In this document: positions 37,501-52,500 of the stretch, piece after piece | Layout: every line of letters begins with the position of its first letter | How positions within the stretch are numbered: position 1 is the stretch's first letter | From: Yuukianura sp. NJ FZ-2021 | Lineage: Eukaryota | Direction: 5' to 3' | Length of the DNA stretch: 64,000 nucleotides | Assembly: GCA_046563655.1 (NCBI GenBank) | Contig: JAJCTO010000009.1 | Location: 310,001-374,000 of the forward strand | Program-made: the position numbers and the translations under genes | The notes under the pieces: model-generated | The model's database searches: none | Told to the model about the DNA's origin: nothing | Seen by the model: the letters and a program-made list of their open reading frames with translations, nothing else

Positions 37501-40500
37501 AGAATACCGCCAAGAATTGCAAAGATTCAACGTTTTCGCAGTGGTTTTTCCGGAGCAAGTGTTGGGAAAATTTTGTGAACCTCAAAGCGATTCGGTTTAG
37601 CTAACGCTGAAAAGCTAGAAAAACTGCGAAACATTTGGCGCCATACAGACCTACTATTCGACCGTCAGATTTCCATGAAAAATGTGACAAGTTTATCCGT
37701 CCACCAACGTTCATAAGCGTAATTACACAAATTTGGCCCCATGGAGAGCACATAAAATACCGCCAAGAATTGCAAAGATTCAACGTTTTCGCAGTGGTTT
37801 TTCCGGAGCAAGGGTGTGGGAAAATATTGTGAACCTCAAAGCGATTCCGCTGAGCTAACGCTGAGAAGCTAGAAAAACTGCGAAACATTTGGCGCTATAC
37901 AGACCTACTATTCGACCGTCAGATTTCCATGAAAAATGTGACAAGTCTATCCGTCCACCAACGTTCATAAGCGTAATTACACAAATTTGGCGCCATGGAG
38001 AGCACATAGAATACCGCCAAGAATTGCAAAGATTCAACGTTTTCGCAGTGGTTTTTCCGGAGCAAGTGTTGGGAAAATTTTGTGAACCTCAAAGCGATTC
38101 GGTTTAGCTAACGCTGAAAAGCTAGAAAAACTGCGAAACATTTGGCGCTGTACAAACCTACTATTCGACCGTCAGATTTCCATGAAAAATGTGACAACTC
38201 AATCCGTCCACCAACGTTCATAAGCGTAATTACGCAAATTTGACCCCATGGAGAGCACATAGAATACCGCCCAGAATTGCAAAGATTCAACGTTTTCGCA
38301 GTGGTTTTTCCGGAGCAAGTGTTGGGAAAATTTTGTGAACCTCAAAGCGATTCGGTTTAGCTAACGCTGAAAAGCTAGAAAAACTGCGAAACATTTGGCG
38401 CTATACAAACCTACTATTCGACCGTCAGATTTCCATGAAAAATGTGACAAGTCTATCCGTCCACCCACGTTCATAAGCGTAATTACGCAAATTTGACACA
38501 ATGGAGAGCACATAGAAAACCGCCAAGAATTGCAAAGATTCAACGCTTTCGCAGTGGTTTTTCCGGAGCAAGTGTTGGGAAAATTTTGTGAACCTGAAAG
38601 CGATTCCGCTGAGCTAACGCTGAGAAGCTAGAAAAACTGCGAAACATTTGGCGCTATACAGACCTACTATTCGACCGTGCAGATTTCCATGAAAAATGTG
38701 ACAAGTCTATCCGTCCACCAACGTTCATAAGCGTGATTACACAAATTTGGCCCCATGGAGAGCACATAGAATACCGCCAAGAATTGCAAAGATTCAACGT
38801 TTTCGCAGTGGTTTTTCCGGAGCAAGTGTTGGGAAAATTTTGTGAACCTCAAAGCGATTCGGTTTAGCTAACGCTGAAAAGCTAGAAAAACTGCGAAACA
38901 TTTGGCGCCATACAGACCTACTATTCGACCGTCAGATTTCCATGAAAAATGTGACAAGTTTATCCGTCCACCAACGTTCATAAGCGTAATTACACAAATT
39001 TGGCCCCATGGAGAGCACATAAAATACCGCCAAGAATTGCAAAGATTCAACGTTTTCGCAGTGGTTTTTCCGGAGCAAGGGTGTGGGAAAATATTGTGAA
39101 CCTCAAAGCGATTCCGCTGAGCTAACGCTGAGAAGCTAGAAAAACTGCGAAACATTTGGCGCTATACAGACCTACTATTCGACCGTGCAGATTTCCATGA
39201 AAAATGTGACAAGTCTATCCGTCCACCAACGTTCATAAGCGTAATTACACAAATTTGGCGCCATGGAGAGCACATAGAATACCGCCAAGAATTGCAAAGA
39301 TTCAACGTTTTCGCAGTGGTTTTTCCGGAGCAAGTGTTGGGAAAATTTTGTGAACCTCAAAGCGATTCGGTTTAGCTAACGCTGAAAAGCTAGAAAAACT
39401 GCGAAACATTTGGCGCTGTACAAACCTACTATTCGACCGTCAGATTTCCATGAAAAATGTGACAAGTCTATCCGTCCACCAACGTTCATAAGCGTAATTA
39501 TACAAATTTGACACAATGGAGAGCACATAGAACACCGCCAAGAATTGCAAAGATTCAACGCTTTCGCAGTGGTTTTTCCGGAGCAAGTGTTGGGAAAATT
39601 TTGTGAACCTGAAAGCGATTCCGTTGAGCTAACGCTGAAAAGCTAGAAAAACTGCGAAACATTTGGCGCTATACAGACCTACTATTCGACCGTGCAGATT
39701 TCCATGAAAAATGTGACAAGTCTATCCGTCCACCAACGTTCATAAGCGTAATTACACAAATTTGACACAATGGAGAGCACATAGAAAACCGCCAAGAATT
39801 GCAAAGATTCAACGCTTTCGCAGTGGTTTTTCCGGAGCAAGTTTTGGGAAAATTTTGTGAACCTGAAAGCGATTCGGTTTAGCTAACGCTGAAAAGCTAG
39901 AAAAACTGCGAAACATTTGGCGCTATACAGACCGACTATTCGACCGTCAGATTTCCATGAAAAATGTGACAAGTCTATCCGTCCACCAACGTTCATAAGC
40001 GTAATTACACAAATTTGGCCCCATGGAGAGCACATAGAATACCGCCAAGAATTGCAAAGATTCAACGTTTTCGCAGTGGTTTTTCCGGAGCAAGTGTTGG
40101 GAAAATTTTGTGAACCTCAAAGCGATTCGGTTTAGCTAACGCTGAAAAGCTAGAAAAACTGCGAAACATTTGGCGCCATACAGACCTACTATTCGACCGT
40201 CAGATTTCCATGAAAAATGTGACAAGTTTATCCGTCCACCAACGTTCATAAGCGTAATTACACAAATTTGGCCCCATGGAGAGCACATAAAATACCGCCA
40301 AGAATTGCAAAGATTCAACGTTTTCGCAGTGGTTTTTCCGGAGCAAGGGTGTGGGAAAATATTGTGAACCTCAAAGCGATTCCGCTGAGCTAACGCTGAG
40401 AAGCTAGAAAAACTGCGAAACATTTGGCGCTATACAGACCTACTATTCGACCGTGCAGATTTAGATGAAAAATGTGACAAGTCTATCCGTCCACCAACGT

Positions 40501-43500
40501 TCATAAGCGTAATTACACAAATTTGGCCCCATGGAGAGCACATAGAATACCGCCAAGAATTGCAAAGATTCAACGTTTTCGCAGTGGTTTTTCCGGAGCA
40601 AGGGTGTGGGAAAATATTGTGAACCTCAAAGCGATTCCGCTGAGCTAACGCTGAGAAGCTAGAAAAACTGCGAAACATTTGGCGCTATACAGACCTACTA
40701 TTCGACCGTGCAGATTTCCATGAAAAATGTGACAAGTCTATCCGTCCTCCAACGTTCATAAGCGTAATTACACAAATTTGGCCCCATGGAGAGCACATAG
40801 AATACCGCCAAGAATTGCAAAGATTCAACGTTTTCGCAGTGGTTTTTCCGGAGCAAGTGTTGGGAAAATTTTGTGAAACTGAAAGCGATTCGGTTTAGCT
40901 AACGCTGAAAAGCTAGAAAAACTGCGAAACATTTGGCGCTATACGGACCTACTATTCGACCGTGCAGATTTCCATGAAAAATGTGACAAGTCTATCCGTC
41001 CACCAACGTTCATAAGCGTAATTACACAAATTTGGCGCCATGGAGAGCACATAGAATACCGCCAAGAATTGCAAAGATTCAACGTTTTCGCAGTGGTTTT
41101 TCCGGAGCAAGTGTTGGGAAAATTTTGTGAACCTCAAAGCGATTCGGTTTAGCTAACGCTGAAAAGCTAGAAAAACTGCGAAACATTTGGCGCCATACAG
41201 ACCTACTATTCGACCGTCAGATTTCCATGAAAAATGTGACAAGTCTATCCGTCCACCAACGTTCATAAGCGTAATTACACAAATTTGGCCCCATGGAGAG
41301 CACATAGAATACCGCCCAGAATTGCAAAGATTCAACGTTTTCGCAGTGGTTTTTCCGGAGCAAGTGTTGGGAAAATTTTGTGAACCTCAAAGCGATTCGG
41401 TTTAGCTAACGCTGAAAAGCTAGAAAAACTGCGAAACATTTGGCGCTATACAAACCTACTATTCGACCGTCAGATTTCCATGAAAAATGTGACAAGTCTA
41501 TCCGTCCACCCACGTTCATAAGCGTAATTACGCAAATTTGACACAATGGAGAGCACATAGAAAACCGCCAAGAATTGCAAAGATTCAACGCTTTCGCAGT
41601 GGTTTTTCCGGAGCAAGTGTTGGGAAAATTTTGTGAACCTGAAAGCGATTCCGCTGAGCTAACGCTGAGAAGCTAGAAAAACTGCGAAACATTTGGCGCT
41701 ATACAGACCTACTATTCGACCGTGCAGATTTCCATGAAAAATGTGACAAGTCTATCCGTCCACCAACGTTCATAAGCGTGATTACACAAATTTGGCCCCA
41801 TGGAGAGCACATAGAATACCGCCAAGAATTGCAAAGATTCAACGTTTTCGCAGTGGTTTTTCCGGAGCAAGTGTTGGGAAAATTTTGTGAACCTCAAAGC
41901 GATTCGGTTTAGCTAACGCTGAAAAGCTAGAAAAACTGCGAAACATTTGGCGCCATACAGACCTACTATTCGACCGTCAGATTTCCATGAAAAATGTGAC
42001 AAGTTTATCCGTCCACCAACGTTCATAAGCGTAATTACACAAATTTGGCCCCATGGAGAGCACATAAAATACCGCCAAGAATTGCAAAGATTCAACGTTT
42101 TCGCAGTGGTTTTTCCGGAGCAAGGGTGTGGGAAAATATTGTGAACCTCAAAGCGATTCCGCTGAGCTAACGCTGAGAAGCTAGAAAAACTGCGAAACAT
42201 TTGGCGCTATACAGACCTACTATTCGACCGTGCAGATTTCCATGAAAAATGTGACAAGTCTATCCGTCCACCAACGTTCATAAGCGTAATTACACAAATT
42301 TGGCGCCATGGAGAGCACATAGAATACCGCCAAGAATTGCAAAGATTCAACGTTTTCGCAGTGGTTTTTCCGGAGCAAGTGTTGGGAAAATTTTGTGAAC
42401 CTCAAAGCGATTCGGTTTAGCTAACGCTGAAAAGCTAGAAAAACTGCGAAACATTTGGCGCTGTACAAACCTACTATTCGACCGTCAGATTTCCATGAAA
42501 AATGTGACAAGTCTATCCGTCCACCAACGTTCATAAGCGTAATTATACAAATTTGACACAATGGAGAGCACATAGAACACCGCCAAGAATTGCAAAGATT
42601 CAACGCTTTCGCAGTGGTTTTTCCGGAGCAAGTGTTGGGAAAATTTTGTGAACCTGAAAGCGATTCCGTTGAGCTAACGCTGAAAAGCTAGAAAAACTGC
42701 GAAACATTTGGCGCTATACAGACCTACTATTCGACCGTGCAGATTTCCATGAAAAATGTGACAAGTCTATCCGTCCACCAACGTTCATAAGCGTAATTAC
42801 ACAAATTTGACACAATGGAGAGCACATAGAAAACCGCCAAGAATTGCAAAGATTCAACGCTTTCGCAGTGGTTTTTCCGGAGCAAGTTTTGGGAAAATTT
42901 TGTGAACCTGAAAGCGATTCGGTTTAGCTAACGCTGAAAAGCTAGAAAAACTGCGAAACATTTGGCGCTATACAGACCGACTATTCGACCGTCAGATTTC
43001 CATGAAAAATGTGACAAGTCTATCCGTCCACCAACGTTCATAAGCGTAATTACACAAATTTGGCCCCATGGAGAGCACATAGAATACCGCCAAGAATTGC
43101 AAAGATTCAACGTTTTCGCAGTGGTTTTTCCGGAGCAAGTGTTGGGAAAATTTTGTGAACCTCAAAGCGATTCGGTTTAGCTAACGCTGAAAAGCTAGAA
43201 AAACTGCGAAACATTTGGCGCCATACAGACCTACTATTCGACCGTCAGATTTCCATGAAAAATGTGACAAGTTTATCCGTCCACCAACGTTCATAAGCGT
43301 AATTACACAAATTTGGCCCCATGGAGAGCACATAAAATACCGCCAAGAATTGCAAAGATTCAACGTTTTCGCAGTGGTTTTTCCGGAGCAAGGGTGTGGG
43401 AAAATATTGTGAACCTCAAAGCGATTCCGCTGAGCTAACGCTGAGAAGCTAGAAAAACTGCGAAACATTTGGCGCTATACAGACCTACTATTCGACCGTG

Positions 43501-46500
43501 CAGATTTAGATGAAAAATGTGACAAGTCTATCCGTCCACCAACGTTCATAAGCGTAATTACACAAATTTGGCCCCATGGAGAGCACATAGAATACCGCCA
43601 AGAATTGCAAAGATTCAACGTTTTCGCAGTGGTTTTTCCGGAGCAAGGGTGTGGGAAAATATTGTGAACCTCAAAGCGATTCCGCTGAGCTAACGCTGAG
43701 AAGCTAGAAAAACTGCGAAACATTTGGCGCTATACAGACCTACTATTCGACCGTGCAGATTTCCATGAAAAATGTGACAAGTCTATCCGTCCTCCAACGT
43801 TCATAAGCGTAATTACACAAATTTGGCCCCATGGAGAGCACATAGAATACCGCCAAGAATTGCAAAGATTCAACGTTTTCGCAGTGGTTTTTCCGGAGCA
43901 AGTGTTGGGAAAATTTTGTGAAACTGAAAGCGATTCGGTTTAGCTAACGCTGAAAAGCTAGAAAAACTGCGAAACATTTGGCGCTATACGGACCTACTAT
44001 TCGACCGTGCAGATTTCCATGAAAAATGTGACAAGTCTATCCGTCCACCAACGTTCATAAGCGTAATTACACAAATTTGGCGCCATGGAGAGCACATAGA
44101 ATACCGCCAAGAATTGCAAAGATTCAACGTTTTCGCAGTGGTTTTTCCGGAGCAAGTGTTGGGAAAATTTTGTGAACCTCAAAGCGATTCGGTTTAGCTA
44201 ACGCTGAAAAGCTAGAAAAACTGCGAAACATTTGGCGCCATACAGACCTACTATTCGACCGTCAGATTTCCATGAAAAATGTGACAAGTCTATCCGTCCA
44301 CCAACGTTCATAAGCGTAATTACACAAATTTGGCCCCATGGAGAGCACATAAAATACCGCCAAGAATTGCAAAGATTCAACGTTTTCGCAGTGGTTTTTC
44401 CGGAGCAAGGGTGTGGGAAAATATTGTGAACCTCAAAGCGATTCCGCTGAGCTAACGCTGAGAAGCTAGAAAAACTGCGAAACATTTGGCGCTATACAGA
44501 CCTGCTATTCGACCGTGCAGATTTCCATGAAAAATGTGACAAGTCTATCCGTCCACCAACGTTCATAAGCGTAATTACACAAATTTGGCCCCATGGAGAG
44601 CACATAGAATACCGCCAAGAATTGCAAAGATTCAACGTTTTCGCAGTGGTTTTTCCGGAGCAAGTGTTGGGAAAATTTTGTGAACCTGAAAGCGATTCGG
44701 TTTAGCTAACGCTGAAAAGCTAGAAAAACTGCGAAACATTTTCGCCATACAGACCTACTATTCGACCGTCAGATTTCCATGAAAAATGTGACAAGTCTAT
44801 CCGTCCACCAACGTTCATAAACGTAATTACACAAATTTGGCCCCATGGAGAGCACATAAAATACCGCCAAGAATTGCAATGATTCAACGTTTTCGCAGTG
44901 GTTTTTCCGGAGCAAGTGTTGGGAAAATTTTGTGAACCTGAAAGCGATTCGGTTTAGCTAACGCTGAAAAGCTAGAAAAACTGCGAAACATTTGGCGCTA
45001 TACAGACCTACTATTCGACCGTGCAGATTTCCACGAAAAATGTGACAAGTCTATCCGTCCACCAACGTTCATAAGCGTAATTACACAAATTTGGCCCCAT
45101 GGAGAGCACATAGAATACCGCCAAGAATTGCAAAGATTCAACGTTTTCGCAGTGGTTTTTCCGGAGCAAGTGTTGGGAAAATTTTGTGAACCTCAAAGCG
45201 ATTCGGATTAGCTAACCCTGAAAAGCTAGAAAAACTGCGAAACATTTGGCGCCATACAGACCTACTATTCGACCGTCAGATTTCCATGAAAAATGTGACA
45301 AGTCTATCCGTCCACCAACGTTCATAAGCGTAATTACACAAATTTGGCCCCATGGAGAGCACATAAAATACCGCCAAGAATTGCAAAGATTCAACGTTTT
45401 CGCAGTGGTTTTTCCGGAGCAAGTGTTGGGAAAATTTTGTGAACCTGAAAGCGATTCGGTTTAGCTAACGCTGAAAAGCTAGAAAAACTGCGAAACATTT
45501 TCGCCATACAGACCTACTATTCGACCGTCAGATTTCCATGAAAAATGTGACAAGTCTATCCGTCCACCAACGTTCATAAGCGTAATTACACAAATTTGGC
45601 CCCATGGAGAGCACATAGAATACCGCCAAGAATTGCAAAGATTCAACGTTTTCGCAGTGGTTTTTCCGGAGCAAGGGTGTGGGAAAATATTGTGAACCTC
45701 AAAGCGATTCCGCTGAGCTAACGCTGAGAAGCTAGAAAAACTGCGAAACATTTGGCGCTATACAGACCTACTATTCGACCGTGCAGATTTCCATGAAAAA
45801 TGTGACAAGTCTATCCGTCCACCAACGTTCATAAGCGTAATTACACAAATTTGGCCCCATGGAGAGCACATAGAATACCGCCAAGAATTGCAAAGATTCA
45901 ACGTTTTCGCAGTGGTTTTTCCGGAGCAAGTGTTGGGAAAATTTTGTGAACCTGAAAGCGATTCGGTTTAGCTAACGCTGAAAAGCTAGAAAAACTGCGA
46001 AACATTTTCGCCATACAGACCTACTATTCGACCGTCAGATTTCCATGAAAAATGTGACAAGTCTATCCGTCCACCAACGTTCATAAACGTAATTACACAA
46101 ATTTGGCCCCATGGAGAGCACATAAAATACCGCCAAGAATTGCAATGATTCAACGTTTTCGCAGTGGTTTTTCCGGAGCAAGTGTTGGGAAAATTTTGTG
46201 AACCTGAAAGCGATTCGGTTTAGCTAACGCTGAAAAGCTAGAAAAACTGCGAAACATTTGGCGCTATACAGACCTACTATTCGACCGTGCAGATTTCCAC
46301 GAAAAATGTGACAAGTCTATCCGTCCACCAACGTTCATAAGCGTAATTACACAAATTTGGCCCCATGGAGAGCACATAGAATACCGCCAAGAATTGCAAA
46401 GATTCAACGTTTTCGCAGTGGTTTTTCCGGAGCAAGTGTTGGGAAAATTTTGTGAACCTCAAAGCGATTCGGATTAGCTAACCCTGAAAAGCTAGAAAAA

Positions 46501-49500
46501 CTGCGAAACATTTGGCGCCATACAGACCTACTATTCGACCGTCAGATTTCCATGAAAAATGTGACAAGTCTATCCGTCCACCAACGTTCATAAGCGTAAT
46601 TACACAAATTTGGCCCCATGGAGAGCACATAAAATACCGCCAAGAATTGCAAAGATTCAACGTTTTCGCAGTGGTTTTTCCGGAGCAAGTGTTGGGAAAA
46701 TTTTGTGAACCTGAAAGCGATTCGGTTTAGCTAACGCTGAAAAGCTAGAAAAACTGCGAAACATTTTCGCCATACAGACCTACTATTCGACCGTCAGATT
46801 TCCATGAAAAATGTGACAAGTCTATCCGTCCACCAACGTTCATAAGCGTAATTACACAAATTTGGCCCCATGGAGAGCACATAGAATACCGCCAAGAATT
46901 GCAAAGATTCAACGTTTTCGCAGTGGTTTTTCCGGAGCAAGGGTGTGGGAAAATATTGTGAACCTCAAAGCGATTCCGCTGAGCTAACGCTGAGAAGCTA
47001 GAAAAACTGCGAAACATTTGGCGCTATACACACCTACTATTCGACCGTGCAGATTTCCATGAAAAATGTGACAAGTCTATCCGTCCACCAACGTTCATAA
47101 GCGTAATTACACAAATTTGGCCCCATGGAGAGCACATAGAATACCGCCAAGAATTGCAAAGATTCAACGTTTTCGCAGTGGTTTTTCCGGAGCAAGGGTG
47201 TGGGAAAATATTGTGAACCTCAAAGCGATTCCGCTGAGCTAACGCTGAGAAGCTAGAAAAACTGCGAAACATTTGGCGATATACAGACCTACTATTCGAC
47301 CGTGCAGATTTCCATGAAAGATGTGACAAGTCTATCCGTCCACCAACGTTCATAAGCGTAATTACACAAATTTGGCCCCATGGAGAGCACATAGAATACC
47401 GCCAAGAATTGCAAAGATTCAACGTTTTCGCAGTGGTTTTTCCGGAGCAAGTGTTGGGAAAATTTTGTGAACCTCAAAGCGATTCGGTTTAGCTAACGCT
47501 GAAAAGCTAGAAAAACTGCGAAACATTTGGCGCCATACAGACCTACTATTCGACCGTCAGATTTCCATGAAAAATGTGACAAGTCTATCCGTCCAGCAAC
47601 GTTCATAAGCGTAATTACACAAATTTGGCCCCATGGAGAGCACATAAAATACCGCCAAGAATTGCAAAGATTCAACGTTTTCGCAGTGGTTTTTCCGGAG
47701 CAAGGGTGTGGGAAAATATTGTGAACCTCAAAGCGATTCCGCTGAGCTAACGCTGAGAAGCTAGAAAAACTGCGAAACATTTGGCGCTATACAGACCTGC
47801 TATTCGACCGTGCAGATTTCCATGAAAAATGTGACAAGTCTATCCGTCCACCAACGTTCATAAGCGTAATTACACAAATTTGGCCCCATGGAGAGCACAT
47901 AGAATACCGCCAAGAATTGCAAAGATTCAACGTTTTCGCAGTGGTTTTTCCGGAGCAAGGGTGTGGGAAAATATTGTGAACCTCAAAGCGATTCCGCTGA
48001 GCTAACGCTGAGAAGCTAGAAAAACTGCGAAACATTTGGCGATATACAGACCTACTATTCGACCGTGCAGATTTCCATGAAAGATGTGACAAGTCTATCC
48101 GTCCACCAACGTTCATAAGCGTAATTACACAAATTTGGCCCCATGGAGAGCACATAGAATACCGCCAAGAATTGCAAAGATTCAACGTTTTCGCAGTGGT
48201 TTTTCCGGAGCAAGTGTTGGGAAAATTTTGTGAACCTCAAAGCGATTCGGTTTAGCTAACGCTGAAAAGCTAGAAAAACTGCGAAACATTTGGCGCCATA
48301 CAGACCTACTATTCGACCGTCAGATTTCCATGAAAAATGTGACAAGTCTATCCGTCCACCAACGTTCATAAGCGTAATTACACAAATTTGGCCCCATGGA
48401 GAGCACATAAAATACCGCCAAGAATTGCAAAGATTCAACGTTTTCGCAGTGGTTTTTCCGGAGCAAGGGTGTGGGAAAATATTGTGAACCTCAAAGCGAT
48501 TCCGCTGAGCTAACGCTGAGAAGCTAGAAAAACTGCGAAACATTTGGCGATATACAGACCTACTATTCGACCGTGCAGATTTCCATGAAAGATGTGACAA
48601 GTCTATCCGTCCACCAACGTTCATAAGCGTAATTACACAAATTTGGCCCCATGGAGAGCACATAGAATACCGCCAAGAATTGCAAAGATTCAACGTTTTC
48701 GCAGTGGTTTTTCCGGAGCAAGTGTTGGGAAAATTTTGTGAACCTCAAAGCGATTCGGTTTAGCTAACGCTGAAAAGCTAGAAAAACTGCGAAACATTTG
48801 GCGCCATACAGACCTACTATTCGACCGTCAGATTTCCATGAAAAATGTGACAAGTCTATCCGTCCAGCAACGTTCATAAGCGTAATTACACAAATTTGGC
48901 CCCATGGAGAGCACATAAAATACCGCCAAGAATTGCAAAGATTCAACGTTTTCGCAGTGGTTTTTCCGGAGCAAGGGTGTGGGAAAATATTGTGAACCTC
49001 AAAGCGATTCCGCTGAGCTAACGCTGAGAAGCTAGAAAAACTGCGAAACATTTGGCGCTATACAGACCTGCTATTCGACCGTGCAGATTTCCATGAAAAA
49101 TGTGACAAGTCTATCCGTCCACCAACGTTCATAAGCGTAATTACACAAATTTGGCCCCATGGAGAGCACATAGAATACCGCCAAGAATTGCAAAGATTCA
49201 ACGTTTTCGCAGTGGTTTTTCCGGAGCAAGGGTGTGGGAAAATATTGTGAACCTCAAAGCGATTCCGCTGAGCTAACGCTGAGAAGCTAGAAAAACTGCG
49301 AAACATTTGGCGATATACAGACCTACTATTCGACCGTGCAGATTTCCATGAAAGATGTGACAAGTCTACCCGTCCACCAACGTTCATAAGCGTAATTACA
49401 CAAATTTGGCCCCATGGAGAGCACATAGAATACCGCCAAGAATTGCAAAGATTCAACGTTTTCGCAGTGGTTTTTCCGGAGCAAGTGTTGGGAAAATTTT

Positions 49501-52500
49501 GTGAACCTCAAAGCGATTCGGTTTAGCTAACGCTGAAAAGCTAGAAAAACTGCGAAACATTTGGCGCCATACAGACCTACTATTCGACCGTCAGATTTCC
49601 ATGAAAAATGTGACAAGTCTATCCGTCCACCAACGTTCATAAGCGTAATTACACAAATTTGGCCCCATGGAGAGCACATAAAATACCGCCAAGAATTGCA
49701 AAGATTCAACGTTTTCGCAGTGGTTTTTCCGGAGCAAGGGTGTGGGAAAATATTGTGAACCTCAAAGCGATTCCGCTGAGCTAACGCTGAGAAGCTAGAA
49801 AAACTGCGAAACATTTGGCGCTATACAGACCTGCTATTCGACCGTGCAGATTTCCATGAAAAATGTGACAAGTCTATCCGTCCACCAACGTTCATAAGCG
49901 TAATTACACAAATTTGGCCCCATGGAGAGCACATAGAATACCGCCAAGAATTGCAAAGATTCAACGTTTTCGCAGTGGTTTTTCCGGAGCAAGTGTTGGG
50001 AAAATTTTGTGAACCTGAAAGCGATTCGGTTTAGCTAACGCTGAAAAGCTAGAAAAACTGCGAAACATTTGGCGCTATACAGACCTACTATTCGACCGTG
50101 CAGATTTCCATGAAAAATGTGACAAGTCTATCCGTCCACCAACGTTCATAAACGTAATTACACAAATTTGGCCCCATGGAGAGCACATAAAATACCGCCA
50201 AGAATTGCAATGATTCAACGTTTTCGCAGTGGTTTTTCCGGAGCAAGTGTTGGGAAAATTTTGTGAACCTGAAAGCGATTCGGTTTAGCTAACGCTGAAA
50301 AGCTAGAAAAACTGCGAAACATTTGGCGCTATACAGACCTACTATTCGACCGTGCAGATTTCCACGAAAAATGTGACAAGTCTATCCGTCCACCAACGTT
50401 CATAAGCGTAATTACACAAATTTGGCCCCATGGAGAGCACATAGAATACCGCCAAGAATTGCAAAGATTCAACGTTTTCGCAGTGGTTTTTCCGGAGCAA
50501 GTGTTGGGAAAATTTTGTGAACCTGAAAGCGATTCGGTTTAGCTAACGTTGAAAAGCTAGAAAAACTGCGAAACATTTGGCGCTATACAGACCTACTATT
50601 CGACCGTGCAGATTTCCACGAAAAATGTGACAAGTCTATCCGTCCACCAACGTTCATAAGCGTAATTACACAAATTTGGCCCCATGGAGAGCACATAGAA
50701 TACCGCCAAGAATTGCAAAGATTCAACGTTTTCGCAGTGGTTTTTCCGGAGCAAGTGTTGGGAAAATTTTGTGAACCTCAAAGCGATTCGGTTTAGCTAA
50801 CGCTGAAAAGCTAGAAAAACTGCGAAATATTTGGCGCCATACAGACCTACTATTCGACCGTCAGATTTCCATGAAAAATGTGACAAGTCTATCCGTCCAC
50901 CAACGTTCATAAGCGTAATTACACAAATTTGGCCCCATGGAGAGCACATAAAATACCGCCAAGAATTGCCAAGATTCAACGTTTTCGCAGTGGTTTTTCC
51001 GGAGCAAGTGTTGGGAAAATTTTGTGAAACTGAAAGCGATTCGGTTTAGCTAACGCTGAAAAGCTAGAAAAACTGCGAAACATTTGGCGCTATACGGACC
51101 TACTATTCGACCGTGCAGATTTCCATGAAAGATGTGACAAGTCTATCCGTCCACCAACGTTCATAAGCGTAATTACACAAATTTGGCCCCATGGAGAGCA
51201 CATAGAATACCGCCAAGAATTGCAAAGATTCAACGTTTTCGCAGTGGTTTTTCCGGAGCAAGTGTTGGGAAAATTTTGTGAACCTGAAAGCGATTCGGTT
51301 TAGCTAACGCTGAAAAGCTAGAAAAACTGCGAAACATTTGGCGCCATACAGACCTACTATTCGACCGTCAGATTTCCATGAAAAATGTGACAAGTCTATC
51401 CGTCCATCAACGTTCATAAGCGTAATTACACAAATTTGGCCCCATGGAGAGCACATAGAATACCGCCAAGAATTGCAAAGATTCAACGTTTTCGCAGTGG
51501 TTTTTCCGGAGCAAGTGTTGGGAAAATTTTGTGAACCTGAAAGCGATTCGGTTTAGCTAACGCTGAAAAGCTAGAAAAACTGCGAAACATTTGGCGCTAT
51601 ACAGACCTACTATTCGACCGTGCAGATTTCCACGAAAAATGTGACAAGTCTATCCGTCCACCAACGTTCATAAGCGTAATTACACAAATTTGGCCCCATG
51701 GAGAGCACATAGAATACCGCCAAGAATTGCAAAGATTCAACGTTTTCGCAGTGGTTTCTCCGGAGCAAGTGTTGGGAAAATTTTGTGAACCTGAAAGCGA
51801 TTCGGTTTAGCTAACGTTGAAAAGCTAGAAAAACTGCGAAACATTTGGCGCTATACAGACCTACTATTCGACCGTGCAGATTTCCACGAAAAATGTGACA
51901 AGTCTATCCGTCCACCAACGTTCATAAGCGTAATTACACAAATTTGGCCCCATGGAGAGCACATAGAATACCGCCAAGAATTGCAAAGATTCAACGTTTT
52001 CGCAGTGGTTTTTCCGGAGCAAGTGTTGGGAAAATTTTGTGAACCTCAAAGCGATTCGGTTTAGCTAACGCTGAAAAGCTAGAAAAACTGCGAAACATTT
52101 GGCGCCATACAGACCTACTATTCGACCGTCAGATTTCCATGAAAAATGTGACAAGTCTATCCGTCCACCAACGTTCATAAGCGTAATTACACAAATTTGG
52201 CCCCATGGAGAGCACATAAAATACCGCCAAGAATTGCCAAGATTCAACGTTTTCGCAGTGGTTTTTCCGGAGCAAGTGTTGGGAAAATTTTGTGAAACTG
52301 AAAGCGATTCGGTTTAGCTAACGCTGAAAAGCTAGAAAAACTGCGAAACATTTGGCGCTATACGGACCTACTATTCGACCGTGCAGATTTCCATGAAAGA
52401 TGTGACAAGTCTATCCGTCCACCAACGTTCATAAGCGTAATTACACAAATTTGGCCCCATGGAGAGCACATAGAATACCGCCAAGAATTGCAAAGATTCA

